Source of the DNA: Sphagnum compactum
Taxonomy: Eukaryota
Length of the DNA stretch: 64,000 nt
NCBI GenBank assembly: GCA_965153455.1
Contig: OZ234494.1
Coordinates: 6,200,001 to 6,264,000, forward strand
Direction of reading: 5' to 3'
The position numbers and the translations under genes are program-made. This document shows, one piece after another, positions 52,295-64,000 of the stretch (the first letter of the stretch is position 1; every line of letters begins with the position of its first letter). A model generated the notes under the pieces. The model was not told the DNA's origin and did not search any database. It was given only the letters and a program-made list of their open reading frames with translations.

Positions 52295-53429
52295 TATAAC
52301 CTTCAACCTCAACAAAAAAACAACCATTATATTGTTAATTGTCAATTCTAATAAACTAAACCATAAAGACCCAAAAATAAGAATAAAAAATTGCTTGTTG
52401 CCATTGCCTTCTTCACATCTGGGCCACCATAGAAGAAGGTGACGACATTGCTACCGTCCCCTTCTTCGCAGCTAAACCAGCAAAAAGGCGCAGGTCGCCA
52501 ATTTTTTGCGACAAAGCCATCGAAGAAGGTGACAAACAGCTATACCCTTCTTCTTCTATTTTACAATGGAACCTAAGCAAAACAAAACCAAAACTAACTC
52601 TACGCTAAAACAAAAAAAACAAAAAGAAGAAAACAGAAGCTGCCGTCGCCTTCTATTTTCTTTTGTTTTTTTTCCTACTCGCTTTGGTGCCATCGGCTTC
52701 TCAGCTCCAACAAAAGAAGAAAGAAAAAAAGGAAGGCGACGTTGCTGGCGTCGCCTTCTTTGATGCAAAAAAAGGAAGAGGCGACGGCAACGCTGCCGTT
52801 GCCTTTTTTGCTGCACGAGAACAAAAAAGAAGAAGAAGGCGATGGAAGTGTCGCCTTCTTCTTCTTGCTGCAACAAAACAAAACAAAGAGAAGGGCACGA
52901 CAGCTGCTGTCCCCTTTTGTGTTCCAAAAAAACACCAAAGAAGAAGGCGATGGCAGCAAACACCTTGATTTAAAAGGTCACAAACTTTGTGGTAGGGCCT
53001 TACCGAGCTTTGGGTTGATATGATTGCCAGCATCAAGAGATCCTGAAACATGACCATAGAGAGGTAGCTTAATTGATGGCAAATTGGGGGCTAATTCAAC
53101 TATCTGAGATGTGGACCAACACAATGTAGAAGTGGGAACCTCATATGGGTTCTCGAGGCACACAAAGGGTGTTGACATAGCTGCATCAACAGTCCTCTTT
53201 GGTCTTGTGAAATCTGGAATCACATGGTGCAAGTGAGCATGACAATCACTCAGCATAGGACTTTGGGAAGATAACGAGCTCTGGTTTGAGTTTAAAGAGT
53301 TGCCATTGGCAGAATGCCCTTGTTACAGACTATTTGTTGTGTGCTCTTTGATGAATACCTGGAAAACAGAGTAGACAAAGGATTGGCATTATCAAGCCAA
53401 AACTAGAGGCCCTGGATTAGAAGGATAAC

Positions 53430-53570
53430 CTGGGTAACAATTTCCATTGCAACTGTCTAAAGACATTGCACCATTGTCTTCTTAGCTGTAAGAATCTCTC
53501 CAAAGCAAGCATCTCCTTTAACTCCCAGTAGCTTCATTGCAATCTCCAAAGACATTTCAGAAGAAAGGGA
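53430..53570 (-). pseudogene. Isolated exon fragment resembling CPP1/DUF3353 (chaperone-like protein of POR1 family)
   Basis: Translates as SEMSLEIAMKLLGVKGDACFGEILTAKKTMVQCL*TVAMEIVTQ followed by a GT donor. This resembles, from memory, the J-like segment EMSVE.ALK.LGV.EGASFDEIL.AKK of plant DUF3353 proteins. It has an internal TAG, and the expected next exon (EAAYD) is absent. Confidence 0.5.
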
Positions 53571-54367
53571 ACAAAAAGGGTATGAAAACAAAAGAATGAT
53601 ATTTGTTGAAATTGTGAAAAAATTAAACTTGCAATTGCCAAACCTCATTTTTTAAGATAAATAAATATTTGCCAAAGAAGTGCCAATTATCAGTAGTAGG
53701 TAACGGTATACAAAAGCTAGCTTTTGAAGAGTCCATTTTGTGCTCCTTCCTTTTTGTGTTGCATTGTTACCAAGATCTACAACAACTGCACTCCGAGCAT
53801 CTCTTCACAAATTCAAAAGCTTTTGTTGTTGAGCAATGTGTTAGAGCTCAGCACTACAAATTTGTTTTGCACAACCAAAACAAAGTGCTACATACTAAAA
53901 ACACAAAAAAGTTGTCAAACTAGTAATTTGCTCGGGTGCCCAACACTAGGTTCTTGAAGATGTTGTCAAACAAAAGAGAGATCAGATATCACAACTAGAA
54001 GTTCTTTCTATTGCTCTAGATAGTGCTCTTCTTCAATTCAAATGCAGTGAACTTCTTAGACTGCCTTTAAATCCCTAGTATATCCCTATATCTAATCTAT
54101 GTATTGTTTGTTTTTAGTAGCCAGTACCACGCTGCTGTATAGTTGCTCACTTTGTCAGCTGTGCTGCTGCCTGGATCCCTATGGCATGCCACTGCACCGA
54201 GGGGACCAAGACTCGAGCTTTTGATGTAGCCATTATGATGACAATGGGGAAGAAATCCATGTTAGTCCTCAGCAGCTATTGAGAAGTTGCCAGGGAAAGG
54301 GAAAGAATCACTGTGGGTACCCAGATTTCAAGCAGCAGCAGCTACTTAGATGCCCTTATATCCAAGT

Positions 54368-54762
54368 TGATGCATTTCAACATTCTAGGGAACTTAGGTT
54401 CCCCTAAAATGATGCATTGCAACATTCTAGGGTTGGGGTATGTGAACCAAGGCATTACAATTGATCATCCTAGGGTTGGGTTCCCCTGAAATGATGCATT
54501 ACAAAATTCTAGGATTGGGTTCCCCTAAAAATGATGCATTCCAGGATATCCTAGGGCTGGGTTATCTGAATTGAGGCATTACAAAATTGTACCTAGGGTT
54601 CAATACCCTGAGATGATACATGATAACATCCTAGGGTTGGGTTTCCTTGAAATGATGCATTACATAAATGTCTTAGGGTTGGGTTTCCTGAAATGATGTA
54701 TTAGAACATCCTAGGGTTGGATTATCTGAATTGAAGCATTACAATGTAATCTTCCTAAGGTT
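54368..54762 (+). repeat. Minisatellite, ~40 bp unit, about 9-10 copies
   Basis: CTAGGGTTGGGTT.CC.TGAAATGATGCATTACAACAT repeated with variants. Confidence 0.9.
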
Positions 54763-56260
54763 GATCATGAGACCATTTGCATGTATGCAAGACCACTTGC
54801 ATACATGCAAGTAAGCATTGCAAGGGTACCAAGTACAGCCACTACAAATAAGTTCTGTCTGTAAGGTCCTTAAAATGGGAAAACTTGGATGTTTCTGAAA
54901 ATGGCCAGCACCAACTTAAGTCTAAATCTTATGACTTTTTTACTGTAAATTTTCCAATTATTTTGTGTAAAATTGAATCTACATCAATTTCTTCCACATG
55001 TAGAGGAAGTCATAGCTACTTGACTTCCATTCAATTCAGGAGTCAGTCTCAGATCTATATGAGCTCCACCAAATATGTGCACCAAACAAGCAAAGCTAGC
55101 ATGATCTACAAAATTCAGTAGCTGACAGCAAATTTCAATGTTTGCGTGTGGAAGTTCATTCAGGAACAATTTTCTGTTACTATAGAACTAGATCTTCATC
55201 ACCTTTGCATCTTTCTCTTGCTCTTTTCCCTCTTTAGGGTTCAAAACAAAATGCAAACACTGGCTAAGGATTCCAAAGGGCCCAAGCTCTACAAAGGAAA
55301 AAAAATTTCCATAAAGAAAAGAAGTAGTTGACAATGCCCACAACTCTCCACCATTCGCATCTCATGGATGGATACTAGAACCTGAACATGAAAAAAAGAA
55401 GTTTAACTGGAAATATAATATTACTCATGACAGACTGTATATATTTGTTTCCCATCAAGACAGAACCTCGTTTACAGGTGATTCCAGCCCCTGAAGAATG
55501 AGTTTAAACCCAGTTGTGGACATGATGCAATTGTTCCAGAATTCTATTAACTGTGTAAGGAGCAGTCTCATTAAATAGAAGCTGCACGTTGAAACTGTTT
55601 GTTCTACTACACCTCTGTATTGTTTTCAATGGTTTTTTGGGTGCCAAGCCCTAGAAGCTATGAGTGACCTTTTTGTATCTGACTCTTGGGAGGGTTCACC
55701 ATGGATGCCAAGGTAATGACATATCTGGGCACAATCTGCCAGGAAGACCCTATGGATGCACAGGAATTACACTAAGGTATAGCAAGCAATGGTCTAATGA
55801 CAGTAGAGGGGTCTTAAGAGATTCAACAACAGATTTAGCCCCTATTTCCACCCCCCAACCTCCCTTGCCTAATGTCTGATTGAGTGTGTGATCAAACTCA
55901 GGGTGGCTTTCTACCTTTCTAACACTAAGGTGGTGTTTTGGTCTTCCATACCTGTTGCATTGAGACAAAGAGGGCAGTCGACATTTTTTTCCCATGTTCA
56001 CTGTACTGCATCCATGTGGAGGTCCTTGGCAATGAGTTTGTTCCTCCGCGTCTTTGGATGCAGTATTGGGAACTCTTGAGGCTGTGTGAAAGAATCATCA
56101 TGAGGAAATGTGGGAAGCTTATGTCACTGCAAACTCAGTCTTGTTTTGTCCAATTTGGGTGCCAGCTCTATGAGTGTTCCATCACCACCAAGCTTTGGCA
56201 AACCAATTGCTTCCAATTTCAGACTTCAAAATCTGTGAGTCATAAGCTAAACTAGTAAGC

Positions 56261-57544
56261 TCACCGAGGCTCTATAGTACTTGTAAGGGCTCCCCTGGCT
56301 GCCAAAAGGCTTTTCTCCCGTGCCAGCGAATTCATCAGAATCTTTGAAAGAGTCAGAGCTACTTTACTCATTTCTGGTCTTAATTCAGGTTCAGGATTGA
56401 CACAATCCTTGGCCAGCTCTGCAGTCTTCAGTGCACTGTCTAGAGGGGCAGAGTCCCCAAGCAGGGGGTCCATCCATGCTCGAAGCCTTCTCCCAGGTTC
56501 TTTATCTGCAAAAATTGCCACTATGACATCGGGGAGGAGTGTCTTCTTGAATGTGTTAGAATGAGGGTTGGTCTGAAAGCTAACAGCCTCCTTGCCTGAC
56601 ATAATTTCCAACAAAATGACACCAAATGCAAACACATCGAGTTTTGGTGTGATCAAGCCACTGGACTTTTCCTCTGGTGCCATATAACCATGTGTCCCTG
56701 AAATCTTAATGCTGTGAGACCGTGTGAGAGACCGTCTCAACCTTCTGGAGGCTGCCTCCCCATCCCTTAGCTCTCCACTACTTGATGTGCTGGAATTAGC
56801 CTCCTCTGCAACATGCACCTTTCCCACTGGCAATGTACCCATCTCTCCCTTTACTTTTGCCACACCAAAGTAGGCAATCTTTGCATGAAGTTCACTGTCC
56901 AAAAGGATATTGCTGCTTTTTAAGTACTTATGTACAAAGGGTGTGTGTGTATGGTGATGGAGATACTCAAGGCCTTTGGCAACATCAAGAACAACCTGTA
57001 GCCTGCCTGTCCAGGTTGGAAGAGCTGAGAACCCTGGGGAGTACTGGCTGTGAAGGTACTGCCGAAGGTTTCCACTGGCGACAAACTCATACACAAGATA
57101 AACTTGACTGCCACTATTGCACCCACCGATCAGTTTCACAAGATTCGTATGATGTACACTACACAAGTTTTTGACCTCGGTAACAAAATCTGTCACTTTC
57201 ACTCCATTCTTAACCACAACTACTGCCACATCCATGCCATGGACTGAACCCCGAAACACAGAAGTCCCCACTTTCCTGGCAGAACTAAAGTTGTCGGTTG
57301 CTATGCTCAGATCCTTAACTTTGAAAATAATAGCTCCATCAGACAGCATGTTCTTGATTCCTGCCAAAGATGTCACACTGCTGTTTGACACTAGTGATTC
57401 CTTTGACAACTGGCTAGAGTTAGTGACACTTAGCTCCATGCTGCTATCATCCAGACCCTTCAGCTTGGGTCTGCTCTTGATAGAAGAATTGGATCTTGAG
57501 GATGCCTGCTTCACCATTATCCTCATTCGCTTCATCATACACAT
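56261..57544 (-). CDS. Receptor-like cytoplasmic kinase-fold protein related to LysM-RLK kinase domains (At3g57120-like), probable pseudokinase; 427 aa, single coding exon
   Basis: RLK/Pelle-type domain: ATDNFS, HHTNLVKLIG, YLVYEF, GLEYLH, GTHGYMAPE, DVFAFGVILLE, RPEM. No signal peptide or TM. The catalytic motifs are degenerate (HKYLKSSN; YFG in place of DFG). Confidence 0.88.
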   Translation of the reverse strand: MCMMKRMRIMVKQASSRSNSSIKSRPKLKGLDDSSMELSVTNSSQLSKESLVSNSSVTSLAGIKNMLSDGAIIFKVKDLSIATDNFSSARKVGTSVFRGSVHGMDVAVVVVKNGVKVTDFVTEVKNLCSVHHTNLVKLIGGCNSGSQVYLVYEFVASGNLRQYLHSQYSPGFSALPTWTGRLQVVLDVAKGLEYLHHHTHTPFVHKYLKSSNILLDSELHAKIAYFGVAKVKGEMGTLPVGKVHVAEEANSSTSSSGELRDGEAASRRLRRSLTRSHSIKISGTHGYMAPEEKSSGLITPKLDVFAFGVILLEIMSGKEAVSFQTNPHSNTFKKTLLPDVIVAIFADKEPGRRLRAWMDPLLGDSAPLDSALKTAELAKDCVNPEPELRPEMSKVALTLSKILMNSLAREKSLLAARGALTSTIEPR

Positions 57545-57590
57545 GGCAACTTATGTACACTGGCTGATGGTGGCGGCCTTCAAATATGTT

Positions 57591-58448
57591 CTGCAGAAAT
57601 TAAGAAGCTCCCAAATTAACAGCTTTACCATTTGTGTAACAATTAACAACACGTGAAGAAGCTTTGCCAACATTAAAAAAAAAGAGTGTTAAAGCACCAC
57701 ATCCACGGCTACAGTGCTGCAATATTCATCTTTAGGCATCATTAGCAGTCAGTACCTGTATGGTCAACCTGTGTCTCAAAGCCTGGTGAATCTTCTACTG
57801 CATATATATATATATGTATTTAGTATGCAACTGCATCCTATCCAGTTCAACACCAGACAAACCTTTTGTCTAACAGAAACCCAGTATTGTCTTATACCTC
57901 ATGATCATGGTGATTCAGGCATTTCATGAAATCCACAAGCAAAACATCATCAGGATGTTCAAGGGTATTATATTCTATTGCTTCAACTACATGATGATCC
58001 AGATCAAGAAAGGTGCAGACACCTTCATGGAAGGAAAAAAAACTGAAGTTGTATTCTTCTAAAAACAAGCATGACTGAGCGCACAAGTGTCAGCTCTAAG
58101 TGACAAGTCTACTGTCCCTTTTGTCCTCAGTGGATCTCCGCACAGGAAAAACTTCTCACAACCATGATATCTATCACACCATAGCCTGATTGCCAGTCCA
58201 GAATCATCTGGCTGCCCATTAAGGCACAGGGTATGGCCACATTCAAGCCATGCAACCTTCGAGTTTCTTTGCAAAGATGCGGAGAGGAACCCTAACTGCA
58301 ACTGGGCTTAGTTTTGGAACAAATCAAGCAAAACATACACTCTAGAAAAAGATTCAAGAAGCAGCACCATCGTTAGATCAGCTCTGGTTGCTTCTATATA
58401 TTCCTCCCAGTTTGAATACGTGGACGAGTCTGCTGATTAAAAGCTTAC
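57591..58448 (-). other. Probable 5'UTR intron of the kinase gene
   Basis: AG|GTAAGC donor at 58448 and TTTCTGCAG acceptor at 57591, 46 nt before the ATG. Confidence 0.5.
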
Positions 58449-58534
58449 CTAGAAGAGGTGGAGATGCTGCAGCAGCACACGAATATTGGTAACAGCCGAT
58501 CAAGGCGAAGAAGAAGCAGCAGCAATAACCGAAG

Positions 58535-58565
<31 letters not shown>

Positions 58566-60432
58566 GCAGCTTGAACCCGGCCTGTTGCCAGAGATCGACC
58601 AGCAAAATAGCTGTTGCAGTAGCAGCTCCCAGAGAGCTGTACATGATCAAGCACCCTCGTTGTCGTCGTACTTCCCGGCAGATTGTGTTGTTTCTTTCTT
58701 TCTGCAACAAGACGATGTCGTCAAAAGTACTCGACTTCCAGCAGCAGCAACAGCTTCTTCTAATCCCGCTTGCAAACAAACGATTTGCGCACGTCCGGCG
58801 ATCGATCAGTTTTCGGACATTTGTCTCACAGCAAGCAGCTTCTGCAGCAGGCCCTGCTTGCTTCCTTGCTTGTTTGCTTGCTGTATCGGCTGCTGCACAT
58901 CTACTTCAACAAAACAGTTCTTCTAATCCTTCTTCTTCTCTAAGGTTTTTCGAGCCGGTTTGGCAAGCCTTTTTCCTTCGCTGTTTGGTTCACTCTCATG
59001 ACTCCACAAACACTTGCAGTATCTTCACATGCCGCGTGACCATAACCCCCGCGCCGGCAAGCTACTAAAATGCATCGCAGTTGCAAGTTTCATACTATTG
59101 CAAACGTCCTTACCCCGCTGCTTTCACCAAGCAAACGAAAAAGAAAAGAAGATTGTTCGACAAAACATACAATTGCAAGCACGCTACAGCAACACGGCAT
59201 GAAAGCAACAAAAAAGAAGAAGACACAATCTACAAACAATATATCTGACAAGTACTACACGGCCTCCTTCAATATCTTTCTTCAGAAAAACCACATCGTA
59301 AAATGAGCAAGTGTGCTTTTGACTGAGCATCATGATCAAGACTCCGAGAACATGAAAAACATGCAGCAGAAAGAACAAGACATGATGATGATGATGAAGA
59401 TCATCAAAATACGAAAGAAAATCATCAAAAGCACGCTCCTCGTCGATCAGAGACGAGAGCAGGTAATAACAATAATACAAAGAAGAATACTAGTCATAAT
59501 AATAATAATAATAATAATAATAGTTTCCAAGTGCTCATGTCTTTCTTTTAAGCGCAGCTGCGGTATTACAGATGGATGCATCGTAAGAGACAAAAAGCCG
59601 TCACCTGTGGTGATACACCGCTGCAGGCCTGTTAGGTGTCAATAAAGCTACAGATGAAATGCAACAGCAGGAGGAGGAAAAGGAAGAGGGAGGAACAGAC
59701 TGTAGAAGACGAAGAAGAAGAAGAAGAGATGGCGTGCAAGAAGAAGGGGATGATGACGCCGAAGACGAGGACAATGTTGGTTTTCTTGTTTGGCTTGTTG
59801 TCGTGAGATCTTCTTCGGCTCTGCTGCTTCGGCTGCTGCTTGGTTGCACAGACGCACGCACGAGTCGCGCAAAGGAACGACGACAGCAGTCGTCGTCATC
59901 GTCTTCCGCTGTTCCAGTTATTTGTTTATTTATTTATTTTTGTTTGTAGCCAAAATGGTTATCATCTACAAGAAGGAAGCAGTTTAAAATAAAAATAAAA
60001 ATAGTTTTATCTGGGCCAATTTTCGCCATTTTTTGACAAAGAAAGGAACTGGGGAAATTTTGGAACTTTGTTTTGCTAGTGTAGTTAATTTCGACTAATT
60101 TTGCTAAATTTTTGGGGTGAAATTTCGCCAAAATTTCGACATCCAAAAAATGAAAGGAAAAACACTGGAAGTAAGATCTAGAAAAAGTGGCAATCATCCC
60201 TAGGATGGACAAGATTTAGCCACATCTGGCTATAAACCTGGCCAGAAACAAAAAAAATACAAATCTTTCATCATCCTTTTATACATATTTTGGCTATACA
60301 ATGAAAACCAAATATACCAAATCGGACGATTGTTACTTCTTTTTTAAAATCCTCACTTCTGGCGACTGAAAACACTTCAAAATCACTTTCTAATGAAATT
60401 TGAACAAATTTCGTCGTAAGGCGAAATTTCGC

Positions 60433-60467
<35 letters not shown>

Positions 60468-63400
60468 CCCCCCTCCACGCCGCTCCTTTCTTTGTTTCCT
60501 ATCTCTTGGCAGCAGCAGGTGAAAAAGATTGTGTACGTTTTGGCAGAAGACAGGCTTCCTTTTGTTTGTTTGTTTGACAACCAACAACTTTCTTTACAAT
60601 TTTTTCTTTCCCCAACAGCTCAGTATGGACCCATGGACCAGGTAAGCATTAGTTAGGTCTGTTAAAACTCGAGCCTAGCTACAACATCGTCAAGCAACCG
60701 GGCCATCTACAAAGGTGCTTTCCATTACATACTCGAAAGTGGGCCCGGCCATGCCTGATTCCACCTCCCAGCAAGTCCATAGGTAAGTTTGATATCGATG
60801 TCGGTTCTCAACAAAGTCATACAAGTTTGTCCAAATGTACTAGATCGATGTTAGTTAGTTTTGTCATTAACTCTAGCTTTGGACTTGTCACCAAGGTTGG
60901 GCACGATAACTGAATTCATACAAGTTTGTTTAGTTCATATGTAGTAAATTGACCTCAGTTAGTTTTGTTGTAACTTTAGCTTTGGGTGAGGTTGAAGTAT
61001 TTTTGACTTCATTTAAACACATTTTCACAAGTGTGAGACATTCAATTTTTGTAAATATGACCGTACGTAAGCAAACAAGACTCAATGTTCTAAAGTGAAT
61101 TCTTACTTTTATGAGTTGAGAGTTGCTAGTTTTGTTGAATCTTGGGATGAAGGTGAATTTTGGGGGGGGCGGGGCGGGCGGGGTGACCAGGATCAAACCC
61201 TTGTTTAAATTGGGCTTTTAGAAAAAAAAGTTGAAAACATTCTTGCAAAATTGAATCCTAAGGCGAGGGTCATATTCCCAAAATAAAGACTTAAAAAACA
61301 AGGTAAATGGTCATTTGAAGCATCAAAAGTTAGGCTCACAAAATGATTCTTGATCGCTTTAGTTGCCTAACAAAATAAAAGGGTCAAATTAGTTTTGATA
61401 AAAGACCTTGATGTGTTGTTGTAGAGTTCTTTTTGCAAGAGTTACAACTTTAAAAGCTTTGAAATCTAATGCAAAATGTGAAAGTTATGCGACTTTAAAA
61501 TGGCAAGACTCACCATTTGATCATTTTGGAGTTCTTAAAAAAAATGTCATTTCAATACAACCTTTGCAAAAAATTACAATATATATTATAAGAAGAGTGG
61601 TGACTTTTGAATTTATGCCTCATCTGTGCATTATTTTGATCCCAAATTACATTAATTTCAATCGTTTTTATTTTTATTTGGTTTGTGTAATTCAACATGA
61701 CCATGAACTCAATTTAAGACTTTGTACCAAAGTTCCATCCTAGAACTTCTATGTCATATTTCTTGCTATGGTTAAAGGAATGCCCCTTATTTGCAATTTG
61801 CATCTTATTGCAAAATCAATAATATATATATTTTAAACTATTTTTACCACTTTCAATGTCATATTTCTTGTTATTGGATAAGGAATGCATCTTAAGTTTA
61901 CATCTTATTGCAAAATAAAAAATAGTCAAAATATTCCTATTTTTACCACATTCAATATCATTGTTAATTATACAATGGCCAGGAATGAACACCTCAAACA
62001 TCTAAGGCTTAGAAAGTAAGCAAACTTTGCCATAGCTTAATCCCGCCGCCTCCCCGCCACCCCCCAAAACACCCTCCCTTCAACCTAAACCAAACTTCCA
62101 TGAGTAATTAACTCATGTAATTGGTAGGGGCAAATGGTAAGAGCAATAGGTGTGCAATGTCTCTAGTTGTCCTTAGAAAAAAATTGTCCTTGCCAAAATA
62201 TAAATGTAGAATGCAAGAAAGAAGTGAGGGAATCAAGATTGTGAAATCCTTGTATTATAATGGGTTAATGGGCCCCATATTTGTTTAGAAACATGCTCTC
62301 ACATGGGGATTGCATGGGGAGGGAGGAAAAAAAAAGGAGAGATTTTTGTCTCAATAATATACCATGCACAGTAGTAGTGTGTACAAAATTTAGTGGTAGT
62401 TGAATGAATTTTTTTTTTTAAAAAAAAGGAGAAATATGGAAGGGAAAAAGTTAGGAACCTTCCCAAAATTTAATAGACAAAGCTTTGCAGAAATTTGTAG
62501 GGCACTATCTTAAATGGGTCTTTTACCTATTGATTTCAAGTCTAAAATTGGTCCCACAAAGCAATGGCCTGACATCTGCACAGAATACCAAACATGTTAA
62601 TGAAGAAGAGGGGACAAGTTGGATTTGATGTGAAGGAAAAAGGAACAGAAATTAGGGCTGAAAAAGCCCACAAGAACCTTTGCGTTTCTTTTAGGTTGCT
62701 GTTCATACAAGTGTAGTAGCTTAGCGGTGAACCTGAGAGTAGAAAACTGAAAAATATGGCATTCTCCTCTTTAGAATAGAATCTTCCATGCTGAGCTGAG
62801 CTGAGCTGCAAGAGGGAGACCTAAAAGGAAAGATTTCATGAAACTTCTAGAGAAGACAAAATGAACCCAGCACAAAGAACAGAAAATTTGGTCATTTTTT
62901 GCAAAAGCATAGGAGTAATTTTGCTGGTGTAGTCGGAGGGCACCTTATTACATATAGTAAAGGAAGAATGAAGCTTCCCCTTAATCAGTAGCTACGGACA
63001 TTTATATACTCCATAAATATCAGTTCTACTAAAGAGGAGGGATGCTTAGAGCATGCCCAGTGTGCAATATTTAGGACATCCAGTGCCCAAGCACAAAATG
63101 ATCGCCAGGTTTTGATGGCAGGTGCTTACCATAGGGCCCTGCCTACTACACAAATTCCCAAAAACAGGGTTGGGAAGGGGTGAATATTTTTCTAGTTTGA
63201 ATGGTTCACTGGGTAACTTTTAAAGGTAAAAATAACAAGACATTCAGTAAAAATTTCTCATCTCGCACGCAATGTTTCTATGGACGGCTAGGGTGAACCA
63301 CCAGCACCCACGACTGAACCTTTACCTTTTGGAGTGAGGCATTTTAAATAGTGGCCATATTGTTAGAGCCCAAAAAATGTTAGACTTGAACACAGTGACC

Positions 63401-64000
63401 CTGATTTTGTCTAAGCAATGGGATATTAGTAAATATTTATAAATAATTTAAATGAATTTTCGGATTTTTATCATGATACCAAATTGCGTGCTGGTTCACC
63501 CTTGGACTAGGATCTTTACAGGCAAGAATATGCTATATTATTCCACAAAGTTCAACTGAACTTCATTCGGCCCCATTATTATTATTAGGGTTAAAACCCT
63601 AAGAAAAAGAACTATGATCCTGAACTTGGATTCTTTTGCACACTGTTTGTTGCAGTAGCTACTATACCTAACTGGAAAAAATTATTACAAAGTCCTGATA
63701 TCACGCCTAATGTCTCTACAGACTTTGGATATGTTGTTGTCTTCACACCAACTTCAACAACAAATCCAATCCCGGAGTGCCCATTGACTCCACGTATCCA
63801 AAACCCCCCAAAAGAACACTTTAATCAACTGGCAGGCTCCTCATGACACCAAATCAATTCAACACAAAACCCTCCCCTTACAAGTACCCACTAAAGTAGG
63901 GCCACAGTGAACCAGCACCCATGAACGCACCAGATGGCTGTTCTGTCCATGGGACGGGCTGCATTTTCTCACTCAATTCCTGACCCTGCATTAACCCACA

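Larger units (their letters stand above)
45713..52992. mobile_element. Putative ~7.3 kb TIR DNA transposon (non-autonomous or unclassified, CACTA-like architecture)
   Basis: CCACAAAGTT at 45713-45722 is the exact reverse complement of AACTTTGTGG at 52983-52992, and both ends have an ACCTTT a few bases further in. GAAGAAGGCGAC-type repeats occur near the right end and CTAC-rich repeats near the left. The interior is AT-rich with several tandem arrays. No clean TSD. Confidence 0.6.

Noticed and set aside
52556-53057. Cluster of ORFs on both strands
   Set aside because: Translations of GAAGAAGGCGAC subterminal repeats.
58378-59987. Poly-Glu, poly-Phe and poly-Arg ORFs
   Set aside because: Products of (GAA)n, (GCA)n and (TAA)n microsatellites in the kinase upstream region.

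Overview
Eukaryotic nuclear DNA from a land plant. The AT-rich intergenic DNA, GT-AG introns and moss-like proteins suggest a bryophyte, possibly Sphagnum (inference). Five intact genes can be reconstructed: ABCF4-type ABC-F ATPase (5 exons, -), peptide deformylase PDF1A (5 exons, -, one GC-AG intron), KORRIGAN-type GH9 endoglucanase (intronless CDS, +), GlcNAc-1-P transferase GPT/DPAGT1 (11 exons, -) and an At3g57120-like cytoplasmic pseudokinase (-). There is also a thymidylate kinase pseudogene and a CPP1/DUF3353-like exon fragment. The rest is transposon debris and tandem repeats. The most unusual structure is a ~7.3 kb element at 45713-52992. It is bounded by the inverted termini CCACAAAGTT/AACTTTGTGG, contains arrays built on a TGCAGGTATTGCA motif, carries a spliced C2H2 zinc-finger gene with no recognisable transposase, and appears to sit inside a short intron just upstream of GPT. 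Also notable are a hAT-type MITE with a perfect 8-bp TSD and two cases of a splice donor being duplicated with the first copy inactivated. No rRNA, tRNA or CRISPR array was seen.
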